The notes beneath the pieces were generated by a model. It saw only the letters and a program-made list of their open reading frames with translations, made no database searches and was not told the origin of the DNA. The position numbers and the translations under genes were made by a program. Of a DNA stretch of 64,000 bases, positions 1 to 15,700 are shown one piece after another (position 1 is the stretch's first letter; each line of letters begins with the position of its first letter). The stretch is from Balanoglossus misakiensis (taxonomy: Eukaryota; Animalia; Hemichordata), in contig CM082583.2 of the NCBI GenBank assembly GCA_040954595.2, positions 10,057,656 to 10,121,655 on the forward strand, given 5' to 3'.

Positions 1-2650
1 AAAAAAATTGGCACTGCCGTGTCTGCTTGAATTAAGAATGGTCATTTTTGCGAAGGGTTTCTCCTGAATCTTTTCAATTATGCATTACGTCGAGTCTCGC
101 GTATTCTGTCACTGCCGAAATGAGGTCGTAGTTGACACAGGCGCAGTAGTGATGTTGAAGTATTCTGTTTCTATGGCGACGAGACCCCTAGCCAAAATTG
201 GACATTTTTTTCTAAACTTTGCTGTTTTGCTGAAGGATTTTATTGTAGTGCTGTCTTTTGAGCGGAAAAAAAAACTAAATAAGGCAGTATCTTTTCTGTG
301 TGAAAGGTTAAAGCAATGAGTGTAGATAAATCTGCGCATCTGGTCCATCTGGTGGGTGATATATGTTTGTACAACATTAGTATGAGCAAGCAAATAAAAT
401 GAAGTAAATAAATAAACAATGTCTGTATAAAAGTTATCATATACAGTGATGAGAGTAATTAATTACCCTGACCTGAACCTTACAAAGGTGTGCTGGCAAT
501 TAACAATGTCGAAGGATATCTCAAATCAACAGTACTTCCCGGTAATGTTTCTCCTAATGTAATTCGATTTGTGTGTAATTGAATGAATAGAGCTGGAGAC
601 ACAATTTTCACTCCCGCCATTGAACAGTTTGTACCCGCCTGCACTTTTCATATTAACAAAACATATTTGCAGCTGTGGTACATGTAGTCGTATTAAGAGA
701 GGTCTTATTTGTGTAATTGCTCCTGTGTAGTGTGTGGTTTTATCTGAATTGAAGGTTTGAATGGTGAACCGTCCCCCTGAGAGAAGACTTGCATTAAGAT
801 TTGGACTCGAACACCGCAAACACAAATAGCAATTAGAATTCGGCACGCAGAGACACAGACTCGTAAGGCAAGAAGGATTGGAGGAAAATTTCTTGATATC
901 ACATACTGTGGTATAAAGTACAGCATTAAAGAAAATTGCGAGTGGGCATTTATCACGGAGAGAAAAAAAAAGAACAAAGTTATATCAATAATGATGGTGC
1001 GCAAAGTGTGTTATTTTTCAATAGCCTCAATAAAATCACAGACAAGCACAGTAAAACGAACATTTTATAGATTTTTCTTCGCCCACACACTTGGCCATTA
1101 GTTCTCAAAGCAAAACAAGTTATTGTCACCAACAGGGGAGAACAGATGTGTGACATTTTTGCGTTGATGAATGTGGGAGTTGAAAAAAAACCCCATCAAT
1201 GATCAGTATTTATTACCATTTATAGGTTTGGAAGATAAGAAAAGAAAATGCAGAGTGTGGGATGAGAGGAGATTATTCTTGAATTCATTAAAATCAAATA
1301 TCAATTCATGTTCACCAGGTGGAGTTGAATCCTGAGTCAGCAGATAAAACAGGAGGTCTTTGAATTTATGCTTGACACTTTCATCCAGCCCGTCAATGAG
1401 GACATGCTTACATGTGAAAGTAGGGCACAGTCTGATTTGCATGAAGTTTGCCTCAGAGCTGTTTTACCTGTGACTGTTGTGAACCATCAGCCATCCATCA
1501 ACACAATAAAAACATGTCAGCCATTGTGATGCTTTCCTTTGTAACTGTCGTGTCAGTTGGCAAAATCAACGAAACTTTACCTAACCTTGATGTACAAATT
1601 GTGGAGGGTATCACTATTTACAGACACCAAAAAAATTAACCTTACTGAAGACAGCAGCTTAATATGCATTTTTCCTACCAGAGAAGTGTTTTAATGTAAC
1701 TCGACTACAAGAAAGCAGTAAATATGATCGGTAAACTCATGCCCCCAAGACTCTCAGACTTCTAACGAATATTGTCTTTTATTCTCCATTGTCTGTACTT
1801 TCTATTGATTTCTGTGTGTATGTTGGAGAACGCTGCCCTTCATGTGTGTGTTCCTTTCAAGGAAAATGCTCGATCAATATTTATCAAGAAACAATCGGGT
1901 ATTTATATGCTAGTGATACATCAGAGAATGGGAGACGAGAGGGTGATGTGCAAGGGTTTATTCTTTGGCAAAGGTCACAGGGTCTACTGCAGGTATTGAA
2001 ACCAGTGTTTCATGAATGATTCAGGATTGTTTTAATCTCTGAAATTAATATTGGATTTTGAACGCTGTAATTTAATATTAATGCTACTTTGAGTTTAATA
2101 CATGTAGTGTCTTTCTGTAGTAGCAGACAGATGGTTTTTGACAGAAGATGTTATTTCCTTTTGCCATCATTGAGAGAATTCATTGGTGAGTTATGGGTTA
2201 AAGTTCAAAGGTAACTGTATGATGATTAGAATGTAAATATGTTAATAAAACATTGATTTCTGTTAAACTCTTTGTGGGCTGTCCTTCAGCAGCAGTTTGT
2301 GTTGAGGTGTGAAATTTTCACATTGATTATTAGAAATCCATGGTAGATGACGAAATAAGATAAACACATGTTCTTTTCAGTGTGCTCCGTAAACATGATT
2401 TTTTTTTGCAAACTTGCTTATTTATGATTGCCATCATGGGTATGATTATTGAAATTTTAATGCATTTGGTTCAGTTGTTCAAAAGGAAAAGTTCAATTTT
2501 TAGAGGAAAGTATTGCCAATTGTATCGTAATGCATGTATAATGAGATTTTGGAATATTTTCTGAAGAGAATTAAAGGCTTCTTGTTTAAAATCAGGGTTA
2601 TTCAAGGTCATAAGGTTATTCAAGGTCGCAGAAATCCAAAGTAAAACCTT

Positions 2651-2760
2651 GTTGCCATGACAACCCTCATGCAGCTGAGGAAAATAAAGATTATGATGAT
2701 GTAGTATGACAAAATGTCAGACTCATTTTCAAATTCTTAACACCACGTTGTCATGACAAC
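2651..2760. promoter_or_regulatory. Pair of RFX X-box-like palindromes
   Basis: gttgccatgacaac (2651-2664) and the perfect palindrome gttgtcatgacaac (2747-2760) resemble the X-box consensus GTTRCCATGGYAAC. Confidence 0.45.
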
Positions 2761-5700
2761 AGTCATTTTTCCCAAGAAAAGTAAAGTTTATCTTATTGTG
2801 GCTAGGGATAGGATGTTTTTATGCCACACACTGGATTGTATTCCAGACAGTTGCATAAGATTTGTGTGTTCGATAATTAGTTAGAAGAGGCAAAAGACAA
2901 ATTCAATAAAAGTGAATACAAACATGGCTGTTATTATATCATTTGTGCACATGATAACAGTTTGGGCTTACATTTGCTACACTCAATCCCACCATTTTGT
3001 AGTGACCGCACTCTAAGCAAAAGACGTGGCTGTTTTGTTTGACTGCAGGTAAACACACCAGCTGTGGAAATGCAAAATCCAGGCACCCTAGAATCAACGG
3101 GAGGTAATCAATTGCGAGATGAGACAATTTTCATTGCTGTGTGTTTTTGAGGCTGTGTAATATCGAATACTTTATTTTCCAGCAAATTTTATCCAAATTT
3201 AATTTTCAAAATCTTGCAAGGAGGTGTTACTAGGCAAAGCTCGCACCAAAGGGACAATAAATTTGTTGTAAAAATATTTGCAGACAAATACTGCGTATAA
3301 TTTGCCGGACAATTTTTGGGGAAAATATTTAACAGGAATATTTGGCAGGGAGAATTACATTAGGCAATTTCGTTGGGAGAAGATTAGATATCAAGTAAAT
3401 GTGCCAAGCCTGTTAGTGGACCACGGTACTACTTAAAAGACAAAATTGAGATCTCAGAATGATCTGCTGTTTTGCTGTAATGGCTGCGTAATTTGCCTGT
3501 GGTTGCAAGGGCTGGCTGTAGGTTGTTGCGCTCTGTAATGGGAGTGGGATCATGCAAGGTCTGCTGAAACAGCAAATTGTTTTTCGCTATCAGGGAAAAT
3601 ATCTGAATGGGATACTGTACATCACCTCATATTTTCCCTCGCCATAAAATGGTGGCCACATGTTTCTTTTCAAGGCACCAGATGGTACAAAAAAAACTCC
3701 ACATGATGTGAGCATTATTTTTATAACTCTGGATCAGGTCACATGAGCCTGTTCTTGTTTCTAGTTTGTAAATAAATCATATTTCGTTAATAAACGTGCA
3801 TTGTTCCCTCATAAAGCAGCAATTCTCACTAGTACTGCTATCGATTCTGGGTTTCCTTTCCCACTGTAATGTGTAAGGTTCAAAGGCTCATTTCTAAGCC
3901 AAAGTATAAAGAGCATGATTATGAAGAGTCAATTACAGACTTGTAGAAATCACTTCACCGGAGCAAGGTGACATAATCATGGAGGCAGTGTTTTACTGTT
4001 TATTGCAAAGTAATGACTGATTTATACTACGGATAAACCAGTGAGACTTGCAATTCTGCAGTTGATTTGAAAGTCAACTTCTTGTATCCGGTATTTGCTC
4101 CAGATGAGTGACTTAGAAATTATTTTCTGCTCTTTTTTTCCTGAATAGTTTAGAAAAGGAATTTTCTCACCAGTTACCACAGGCACATGTCTTAAAAAGT
4201 CGCAAACAGTACTGAACAGAGAGACATGTGAGTGTTTTTGTTTGTGAGGGTATCATGTACATCATGTCTAGAGAGATGAAGTTAATTTGATTACATGTAT
4301 TTGGTTAAGAAGTAATGAGCTTTATGTCTGTGGTGAAATCAATCAGACAAGTAATTATGTTGATATGTTCGTATTGAAAAGTGGGAATTGAATTTTTCAG
4401 CAACTAGATTTTCAGAACTTCCAGCTTCATCAAACTTGCTTGTTTATAATGCTTTTGGTATTCGCAAAACATTGTTTCTTGTCCGTCAAATAGCAATCAG
4501 TGACTCTTGTGTGGTGATTGGATTTGTATCATTGTGCTTTTCACAATTTTCATTTGATTTTTGACATTTCATTTGGAGACTATACCCCATGGACTTCAGA
4601 AAACCGAGAGAAAAATCCAACAGTGAAAAAACTTTAATCAACAGAGAAGACTCAGGTTTTTGAGTTAGCCATTTGCCTGAAGTCTAGACAGCAATGAAAT
4701 GTTGCAAGTAATTCACCTGTGGGGCATTCAAATGGAAACTGTCATTAGCCTGTAATCTGTAATAAAGGATCAATGCGGCGTGCAATTTGTGAAAGAGATG
4801 CGTTCGATTTGATGACATGATGTAATGACTGTGAACCTCCTTGAATTATTGTTCTGCAATGTGTTTCCTGTGTGCACTGCATGGTGGGATAGGCAGACTG
4901 TCCCCCCCCCCCCCCTGGGCACAATTCAAATGTAACCAATTCTGATTGATTACTGGCGACTTGATGCGTTGGTAACGTAGCACCTCCGTCGCTTTATCGT
5001 GATTCGGTACTGGCTTCGCGCTTAGAAACGTGCGAAATTTCACTCGGTGTTTGACACAAGGAGTATTTGGGTAGATAAAATTTGTTTTGGAGAGAATGAA
5101 TTAAAATTGACATTGTTGCTGTCTTGGATGAAATTGAAGGTGAGATCAAGCTTGTTGGCTGATGAAATTGTGTGTGGGTGGGAAGCAGTCACCGTAGGTG
5201 AAAAAAAAATCTGTAGTCCATTTTTGAGTGGGTTTTTGCTTTTGAAAAAGGCGAGACACTTACATCATATGGGGATGATTCAGTCCCATCCACTGAAGGA
5301 CAGACAGCTAGGTCTCCTTGTCTGTTGTATGAAGATCCTGTTTACATAATTGATGGTTTGAGAGTCAGTGAATGACAGTACAAAGATGCCGTGTCTGAGT
5401 GTGCGACTCCAGTATTGCCATAATCATGTACAACATTTCAAGATTATGAAATGTGCAATGTGATATCACAAGGAATGATTAGAAAATAAAGTAACACTAA
5501 TGTTGGCATACATTGACCATTTGCATTATGTGGAAATATGTGATGTACTTTTACAATATTGAAATCGATAGATTTTTTTAGCAGTATTTATTAAATATTC
5601 CAAAAACCGTCTGGTAAGATAAATCAGATTTAGTAGACTGATAACCAGATGAATAATGTTGGCAGTTGGTTCAGAGTTGAAAAATGAAACTTTAAGTCAG

Positions 5701-7570
5701 CAAGAGTGAAACTGTAATAAGCAATATCCTGTCAGAGGAGAATAGATGCGGGCAAAAATGGATAGCAATATGGTGGATTTTCTGGCCAGGTACTTGTAAA
5801 CTTGTCGGTTGTCTTTTCTTTTCTTTGAAGTCGTTGCCAATATTGGATGATGAATGACGAAACGATGAGATGGCGGTGATTGAAGAGAGGCCATTCAATT
5901 TGCAATATTGGCACATGCAGCAGTGGTTGTTCAACCTTAAAGGGAACCTGAGAATAAACAGTTGGCAGAGAGAAAAAGATTATGATGTCTGCATATAGTT
6001 TTCATCATCGTGTCCAAGTTGCCGTTGTTGCGTAATTAAAGGCTGCATGTTACAGTCTGTGTATTTGCTAAAAGTGATTTCAAGATCAGATGCAGATGTA
6101 ACTTTTGTGTTGGCATGTGTTATTATGGAAGGGTGGCACTGGCAAAGGACTGGGAGCAGTTCCATCCATGATCACCCTATCAGGAAAACAATCATAAATT
6201 GGCGAAGGAGAGAGCAGTGCAGATGAGGACAGAGACGTGCGGCTGAAAATGTGGAATTAAGTGTACTGGCACGTTCCTGGTGGAAGTAAATGTCGTTATG
6301 CAGTGACAGCTGAAATAGTAATGAACAAGCTTCATTGTGGTGTTCTTGAAGTGGGATACAAGTTGTAAATCCAGCAATTTCCTGTTTGTGCAAACTCATT
6401 TGCTTCATTTCCCATTGCATTTATTGAAGATGGTGTGAGCTCCCCAAACCCCAGTCTCTAATATTCTATTTTTATAAGAGGTGGGGGAATAAATATCATA
6501 TGAATGAAAAATATTTTAATTTTATTTTATTATGCGAGTAAAATAGGATGAAACCAGCATTAATTCACACCATACATTACAGGTACATGTACATGACCAC
6601 TGAAGTCAAAATTCAAGAAAATTCAGAAGTAGAACATTGATTCATCTGCAGTTCAACATCAGTCTGACCACACAAAATAACATTTTTGGAGAAATTAAAG
6701 TGCTCTGTATCAATAAAATTCATGGTTTGCAATTTAAGTGTTTATAGGAAAAAAATGATTTTAGCAACTGATACAGCCAACGGCATGTTTGCTTTTGACA
6801 TTTGATTCAGGTGTAAAGACACCCTAACAGTGATCCCGGGCAAAGCTGTGAATCACTAATGGCTCGTATTTCAAATGTATCTCTTTCTGTGTTAGCAGGT
6901 GTGTTTGTCGATACCTATCATGGCAATCGTACCTGCCTACATCAAAGGTATTGCTGTAGGTCAGAAGAAAAAAAATTAATTTTGAGTCCTCGCCAGGTTT
7001 GTTTTCATTCATTGGCATAGGTACTTTCACTACTGTTTTCACAGAGGTTTGGGAATATAATTGTAAAAGAAGTCAGGAAATTTTGTAGCATGTGGTTACC
7101 ACATCATAATCATTAGGCCGGTCAGTTTGAAGCTAAGGCCAAATGATTTGGGGAGTGAGTGCATTTAAAAAAAAAGCATTATTCTGCCCACAAATGGAAA
7201 CAGTGGTGTGGGCACTAAATGGAGCACCTTGGGAAAATATGGTGACATACATGTAAAATGTCGTAGTTTCTCTCGACCACATTGTGTGAGGCAAACGTTC
7301 TGGGAATTAGGATAATAGTTAACCTGCTGCCCTGAATAAACACACTGCTCATGTGGTCAACCTTTCCAGTTTGAGAAACGACAATCATAACCTATCCAGT
7401 ACCCATAAATTACGCTTACAGTCAAAAATGGCAGTTTACATGGCCAATCATCCAAAAGACAAACAGCACAGCCTAGCTGGCACAGCATGGTGGCCTACAG
7501 CAGAGCTACATTCGAATTAGTAGATCATTTGCTCATTGCTGGCTTGTTCTGATGATCAATGGTGTAGCGG

Positions 7571-7614
7571 TGCATGTGTGTGTGTGTGTGAGTGCATGCA
7601 CGCACACACATGCA
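7571..7614. repeat. (TG)n/(CA)n microsatellite with self-complementary ends
   Basis: tgcatgtgtgtgtgtgtgtgagtgcatgcacgcacacacatgca. Confidence 0.8.
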
Positions 7615-9677
7615 TATGTCTGATGTTGCGCCCGCATCTGACCTGCATTTTGTATTTAGTGTGTCGTAGATGCAATTGAATGAAATAATTAACAGGTTTA
7701 ATGTTTATCACTTAGAATACCATATGGTCACACCCAGGCTTAATGCCCGCACTAAAATGTAAATGGCCCGTCGGGCTTATTTTTGAACGGAATGTTTCAA
7801 TAAAAAACATAAAGCCTAAATATATACTCAAAACATTCAAGCCAAAAGATGCCACTTGTCAAGCAGTATAGTAGATAGATATTTGAACATTTTGTTTTTC
7901 AGTACTTCTTCCCGGCATAACATGTTTTCCTCAGACAGCTGACTTAGCCCCAGGGATACTTCGGCAGATAACATTTATTTCACTATCTAAGAAGGGTGCC
8001 TTGGACTGAAAAGATTTCCCTGGTTTGATGCAGGGGGAATGGATGACCCCTGTTCATGTGTTTTATCTGCTGCGCCTTTTAATTTATTCACTGCTCAGTG
8101 TGGTTTGAGGCAAATACGTGTAAGTTTCCTTTCCTATCAGAAAGACACGTTTTCTCCACAAGATTACCACTCCCACTGTCGCCATACCTCGAGCTCCAAC
8201 TGACATTTTGTTGAGCATGAAGACTTTCAGGGGGGGCTTTTCCTGGTTGATAATTCATCTCTGTACAAATTGTATGATTTAGACAGTGGAAATTTTCTCA
8301 TCTTGAGTGCACGTACATTTTATGGTGTCATAAAACCAACTCTTGCCAGTTTTTGTTTCTTCTTACGAAGAGCTTTGTCTCTTTGTTCTTGGTAATTTCT
8401 CTGACTACTGATTCAAGACAAGGCTTTGTCTTTTTTCTGATGCGTGTGCTTAGTATTCTGCCAGTGTCACTCATGCAGGAAACACGCACACACACAAAAA
8501 AGTGACATGCAGGTGTTAAAACATGAATCTATATTTATGAGCCATCCTTCCATGTGTGCTGTCTCCACTATTTCCAGCAGTGATTTAGGGACTCTTCGCA
8601 AGACCAGATTTAGTTTTACAATGAGTTATTATATAAACAGTGATGTAAGTATTCATCCCGCATTGATAAAATCCTTCACTTTAAGGTGTCAAGATTCAGT
8701 AACCCATAAACCCCAGTCTGACAAATAGTTTGTATGCAGCAAGAAATGTCCATTTGCATGTCCTCCATATGCTATTATAAGCCTGAATAATCTCGATATT
8801 TTCCCATCAAATTCTGAAAGCCATCATTTTGTGGAGTAGAGGGACTTTGCGTCAATTCCTCATTGTGGAGTATTGTGAAATGCTGGACATTAAAATTCTG
8901 AGCATTAGAGCAATATTTTAAAAGACATACCTTCGAAATGTCAAGTGGAAAGGTGAAGAGGGTTGACCCCAATTTCAGAAATTGTTTTTGTATGTTAAGT
9001 TCATAAAATTAATAGCAACAGATCAAAAGTCTGTTATGTATATTGATGATATTTTAATGAAATAGATTATGTAGAGGTTAAAGGCATCGCCAGTTTACAA
9101 TGTTTGTTGATCTACCCATTTTGTTTTTGGGGAAAAAGAACTTGGATGTTCCTAAATTGTATTATATCACTTGCCTAATTAATTTAGATGTGAAATGTGA
9201 GAAGATACATTTCACAATTCAGTGCTTCTCTCTGTGATAAAATGTAATCTGCCAGACAGTGTTGCCCACCCTCTGAATTCATCTGGTCCCTGTGGATGAG
9301 AATTTCCCGGAGGCTTGAGAGACAAAATGATACGCAGGCTCGCACAGCATTGGCTGCTTCTTGAGCCCTTTATCACTACAACGTACGAAGGGCTAAATGA
9401 ATATAAGGTTATTGAGCTACAAGTTAATTTGAAGATGCCGATGCATGCAAAGTGATTCTCGGGGCAGGAAGTTGTGCATGTCACGTCACTGATGACTTCG
9501 ACAACAAGGCAAAGCGAGGCGAAGCAAAAGATGGCAGATTGATGAAGTTTAACCTCGACCAAGCCATCGGGTGGAATCCAAGGACAGCCAGACAAGCCGA
9601 TTTTTCAAGTGGGAGTCATTTTCATTCGGCAACAAGCATACTTTTAAAGCAAGATCCTTTTCTGCTTGACCCTATGT

Positions 9678-9772
9678 TTGATCCTTTCACCACCGTGGTT
9701 TCGTCCAAACCCATATTGTTTTGTGTGGTAAATTTGGACCTCTATACACAGAAATAGGGGTGAAAGGGTTAA
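9678..9772 (+). mobile_element. ~95-bp MITE-like element, family A copy 1 (most complete)
   Basis: Terminal inverted repeats ttgatcctttcacc ... ggtgaaagggttaa. Internal sequence aligns by eye to copies at 30569, 31073 and 40645. Confidence 0.75.
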
Positions 9773-12700
9773 TGTCATGTGGACAACTTAATGCAGCTGC
9801 CTCGTCCCTCTCATTGTATCATCCATTGTGTGTGATTGATTCAACACAAGCTGGTGTGTGTTGATTTATTTTATCAATACCATCAAATACTAAATGTACA
9901 CACAAACTATGATACAGGATGACATTTTATATCACCATAAAATTAAATGCAAAATCTCTGAGGAGAGTGGTACACTTAATCTTAAATTTGATTAATCTGT
10001 GTACTGTGAACTATAAAAAGAAATTGTGGATTTCAAATTAAAATCTTGGATTAAGATACGGCAGGTGTGTAAAGGTGCATCTGGATTCAGCAGAGACGGG
10101 CAAACGGCCATGTCAATGATTACTGCTGATTACTGCAGAGATGTTCGGTTGGTTGTTTGACCTGCGGTGTAATTCTCTTGTGTGTGTGTGTCTCACCTTC
10201 CCCTGATCTACATCTGTCTGGTGCATTCCAGCTATCTCTCTGCCCCACAGGCCGTACACATCCTAATAACCCTGTTGGCGAATCTTTAACGCCATCGGTG
10301 AAAGGGCCTGCCACTATCACGCTCTTGATTTTAATCTGCATCCAGAATATTTTTCTTCTTCTTCATTTGCTGTTCAAGATACGGATGTGGAACGTCGTCT
10401 GCGCACGGGATGAAGGCAAATGCATTTGTAAGATTGCAGTGCAATCACTATGAAATTTTTTGAATCGGGAATCACAGAAAGTAATAAAGGACAGCGTGTG
10501 AAAATTCTGAATGGGTCGCGGACGGGAATCTGCTCATTGTGACTCAGTGCCCAAAACACTTCATAATATCCTTGCGTGCGTGTCTCGCGAATTTCCTGTC
10601 TGTCCCGAATACGCTCTTAGATGATGAGGCTGTCTTTTTATTGCCTTGCCACAACTTCAAATCTTCTTCTCACGTCATTATCCCCAGTACAGATCAACCG
10701 CTGCGTCTCCACAGATTGGAGTTTCGGTCACTGTCCGCATTAGGGATACTGCTGTTCCCTGCATGTGTCCTTATTTGGGATGTTATACTGTTCACCATCA
10801 GTGTACACACTGAAGTATTGCTGTCTGGTTGTATGCAGTACATGCGAAGGTTTTCATTCTGTTCTGCCATTAAATGGTGGAAATGGGTAGCCAGAGATGT
10901 CAGGGGCCTATTTTCTTTGTGGCAAATGGTCTTTCTGAGCATGGCTGCATTTTGCTACGGTTCAGAACGGGGACATGGACAAGACATCAGTTTTATTATC
11001 TGATGTTTTCTACAGTATTCACCGACCAAGAAGTCATTGCCATGGTTACCAGACTCAATTACTGTGTAAATAATTGGAAAATAAAATCAATTACAAGACT
11101 ATTAAGATGGAGATATCTTATTTAGATATCTCAGAGTGATGGGAATGATTCCTCATTGGCTGTTCAAAGCGTGCATGTCATGTGGATGTAGTAATTCTTT
11201 ATCGCTAAATGGTGCAGCCCATCGCTAAAGCCTCGGAAGCTGAGAAATGTTGGGAAAACAACTATTTAAAGATTGTCTCTTTATAGTGGAGCCTATCTTA
11301 GCTTTAAATCTGTCTGTAGTCAAGGTTAAATTTCCTCTTTGATAATTAGACATTGATAATGGAACCCCATTATGTGATTAATAAACTTTAATGAGTGGAA
11401 ACAATGCATTGTGGGTAGGCAGATGATCCCGACATAGAGTACTATGAATCATAGCTGATGTATTGATCAGGAAATAAAAATGATGACACTTGTTTTGATA
11501 GTAAAATACTATCTTCTATCATGATATGTACCGCTAATCATGTGACTAGTTGTTTAAAGTTGCACCCTTGAGAATCTGTTAGAAATTTTATTTGTGCTCT
11601 AATTTCTCTTTATATTGCAAAGTAGAAAGAAAATGTGCACTGTTGGAGATAGCTCTTACACGAATATATATATACCTGGTAATCTACTAAATTACAGTTA
11701 TCATGAATACTATTATTACAAAACTGACTGTTAATATGATGTGCTTACATTAGTGAGTGTGTGATGGACATAATTATGGCAGTTATTTGCATCAAGTGAA
11801 CCTGTGGTACTTAGTATATCATCCAATTCCTGCCCTATGTCTACTTCAGCTGTGTGGATGAATTTGACAAGATAATTGGATATTTCATGATTGTATGATG
11901 AGATCATGAGCTGACAAGTTGGTGATAAGAAGGATGAAATTATGACAAATAATTATGGCTGTGTGAGGATTGAAAATCGGTTGGAAGTATTAAAGCACTG
12001 ATGAAGTGGTGGTGAAACAGGCACTTGTACTCTGCGGACTTGAAGACACCCTGAAAATTGTATTTAATGAAGTGAAACACTTGCTGCAGGCTGCGAGGCT
12101 GTTCACTTCAAACTTAGACTGTGTGTTTCTTGTGTTGCCTCAATATCCCTTCCACTATTAAACCAGTTTCAGTGATTGTGTTCTGTCGCCCCTCGTGCCA
12201 AGACTACGCAGTGTGTACAAAGGTAATAAGTATCTCGCAGTGGCTGTTTGAGTATGTGATTTTGAGCGAGACTCTGTGATCTGCACTGCTACTTAGGGTT
12301 CTTTGCTTGTAATGGAAAATCCAAACAGATAGAAACGGCAACAGAAAGGCAAACACCTGAGATCAGAAGTTAAATGGCACTTCAGTTAGCTTGATTTTCT
12401 TTCATCTATAAACTTAATAAAAGACTGGTAGCTGGATTCTTAAACAGCTGTTCCAGATTATTTTACTGATGTTTCTTTCAATGAAAATGTTTTTTTTCGT
12501 GTTACTTCAAGTGAAAAGGGGAGCCATCAGTATAATTGCTGCATTTTCTCATAGGTATGCCATCAGCTCTTGTGTGACGTGGCTTTTAAATCTGACAAGG
12601 TTAAGAGTGGGTGTTTTGGTGTTAAATGCAACAATGAAAATGCTTCACTTTAAATTTTAATGTGCCCAAGTAAATCATTATAGTTTTGTGTTTAATTGTT

Positions 12701-15700
12701 ACAGATGGCCATCTTCAAGGGCAAAACTAATGGTTCCAGAAAATAGTCAAATCCAGCGTGGTATTCAAATTTAATTTGCTCTTGAACTTCACCACTTCAT
12801 TTTGGCCTTGACTGACTTTCCCACTTCTTGCCCGTGAACATGTGCACGTGTGCAATTGACTTAAGTGCTTGATGATAGATGTACTGTTCTGTGAGTTTTT
12901 CTGCATTTCTCGGAAGTGTTGACGTAAATGTGGATGAAGTTATTTGCAGAAGCAGGATGTCAGTTTGCAAAAAAAAGCCTATTCCAAGACAGAATGTTAC
13001 TTCCTAATTCAGGAGACACAGATATAAATACTTTGTAGTACCATGGTTACCAACATATAAACATGTAGATGAACAAATGCACATGTTCATTGTCGAAATG
13101 CGCTCTCAAAAGAAATCATTCACTAATTAAAAACAAAATAAGTAAAAAATCTCACGTAATATTGTGAGCTTTTTACATGTATTTTTAATTTACATTCTGG
13201 CAGTGTCAGCTTCCAGTGTATCATTATAATGATATAAGCAAGATGTATGTGACATAATTCAGTGTGGAATTAGATTTGATAGAGAGCCTCTTTCAGGAGG
13301 CTGCTGTGAGATGCAGTAGATGAGATGCATAATTGATAGACAATGTAATCTAATTTCTGAAATAATGCATAACAGATGTGCTTTCAGTCTGTCGTGTCCA
13401 GAAGGGTTAGTGACATCTACTTGAGATGTGTAGATTGGACTGTATAGGCAGGCTGTATGCCATCTCTTACCTGTATGACTATGAGTTTCTGTTCCGCAAT
13501 AAAGGTATCTGTGGCATCACAATATCTTTAAAAGCAAAAATGAACCAGTGTTTTTACTGACTAACCCCTTTCACCTACTGGTGACCTATGATGCCATTTG
13601 TAAGTTATCTTCCAAGTTGGGTTCAAACTGGATGTCCCAACAACATGGATATATTAAACATTGCTGATAAGGAGTATACTTAAATGAAGTCAGAGGAGAA
13701 GTGGATTGTGTGTGAAAAGAACAAAAAACCTGCATTTACTGGGGCTTTAAAACGAATTATCATTCTGGAAACCCAGTGGATTCAACTTCATTCTATAATC
13801 ATCATCTGTAACGCTTTGAATGATAGCTGTCTCATAAATTGTCTCAGGATGCCGTGCATCCAATCAGTTACCACCTGTGCCACAGGAATTTATCTGATTA
13901 AAAACCCAGCCATGTAAGACTTCTTATACTCAGTCGGACATGTTTACTTCTGTGTGGGGGTTCAATGCGGAACTAGGATTTAAGTGTCTGCCGCCTGTAC
14001 AGGTATGTGACTGTTACGTAGTGTGATCATTTTGACATACAGGCTTTTCTACCCGGTTTTAACGCAAAGACAGGGTGGATGGTGTACTTGAGAATCGAGT
14101 GATGTACTCAGTACCCAAGGCATGTTTGTGAGTAGATTCAGTTCAGGGAGATGTGACTGTTATATGTCATGTGAGAATATGGCGTACTTCGGCTATTACG
14201 TGTTACATGCTGGGCGCATGTATCTTGCAAGTTGTAAGCCTCGGGTAGGATATAAGCCTTAATTCAGTTATCCAGAAACGGTATTGCTAATACTTGATAA
14301 ATCTGCCTTCAGGCTCCTTTACTGGAAACAAAAGATTCTTAGTATTTCTTGCTGAAATCAGACCAAACTTTAAGGAATGAATTTGAAATTGACATACTTT
14401 GATACGGAATGACTTTTTCAAACAATTAAGCTGGCGAAAAGGGATGTCTGTTTTAATTCCTACCTCAGGGAAACTAGTGAAAGTGACATTGTGGAGGATG
14501 AGCTGAATCGCTAAGACTATTGTGTGTCTTTCTTTTCACTGCTGTGTGGCGTAGGCGCGACAAAGGATTTTGTCAATAGCAGATTACTCTTTCAGTGATA
14601 AAACACGAAAGAGATTACCTTCTGGAAGCGTTCGACCCCATTTCACCATGGTGTATATGGCCAGCATCACCCATGAAAACAATGGGACTGAGCTAAAACA
14701 GGCAGTTGCAGAGTTTTGCTGCATGTTTGTGGTTGAGTTGTGTTTGTCTCGCACGTTTTAATTGAGATAGCTGAATTGTGTACATGCACATCCAGTCCTG
14801 ATATTGATAGTAGTGAAATTAATTGGTACTGGTATGTCAGATTGTGTATGATTTTTGGATGAAAAAACATAATAACATATATAAAATTTGGTCCGGCAAA
14901 TGACAGCTTCTCGGAAAATGTACATGCAAGCTGATGAACAAATGTAGACTTCCTTTGAACTTTGTGGAAGTGTATTCCCGTAGGACATGCTCATTTCTTG
15001 TTTTTCAAGTACATTGGGCCTGGCATGGTGTAGCCTGTGGGAAGACGAGAGATTGTGATCTACATGGAGAATGTGCCGTTACCTTGGAAAAGTGTTTTAA
15101 CTATGAGTGAGTCTTTAATCACAGTAATGCAGTGTCCACCAGGAAAGCTCTTGTCTAGATTTCAGATAGTGGAGTTGACATCGTGGCTATCTGTGACATT
15201 TTCCAGGAGGATTTGCCGAAGATGAATTTCAGTTTATGTTTGAAAATTACTCTCTTGTTGATGAACTTTTTTCTGATCGACACTTTTTTTGCTTTCATCA
15301 AAGTAACATGAAAACCAGAATTGTTTCCAGAGTTTTATGTTGTGTGCCATAGCATGTAAATGTGTATCTGCAATGTATGTGTGCATGTATGCATGTAAGT
15401 TGTATGTCCAAACATACATATATACATTCATGTACATGAACAAAAATTGAATGAAGTACATGTTCATCTCTGTAACTGATCTCAGGAAGCATTAATTTGT
15501 CCATACATTATATATGGCAGAACATTGAGTATTTATGTGTTCTTTATTTCTTTTCTACTCTATAAATCATGTCAGGGTTGGTTGATCAGTTGCCATAGAG
15601 ATTGTATTGAACGAGGTTTATCACTTGGCAGTTCAAACACTACAATTCAAAGTTTGCATCATTACTGTCACAAATTAAGCCTGCAGTCTTTGTGTATAGT

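Noticed and set aside
5386-5463. MPCLSVRL... as possible unc-13 first exon (cf. MSLLCVR)
   Set aside because: No donor at the expected position and the similarity is too weak.
9212-11125. Cluster of 100-154 aa ORFs (9212-9595, 9452-9757, 10539-11003)
   Set aside because: No recognisable domains, near-random composition, alternative start codons; one runs into a MITE.
12492-12545. caag|tgaaaagggga (VKRG...) as possible unc-13 exon 2
   Set aside because: No valid GT donor at the expected 30-nt length.
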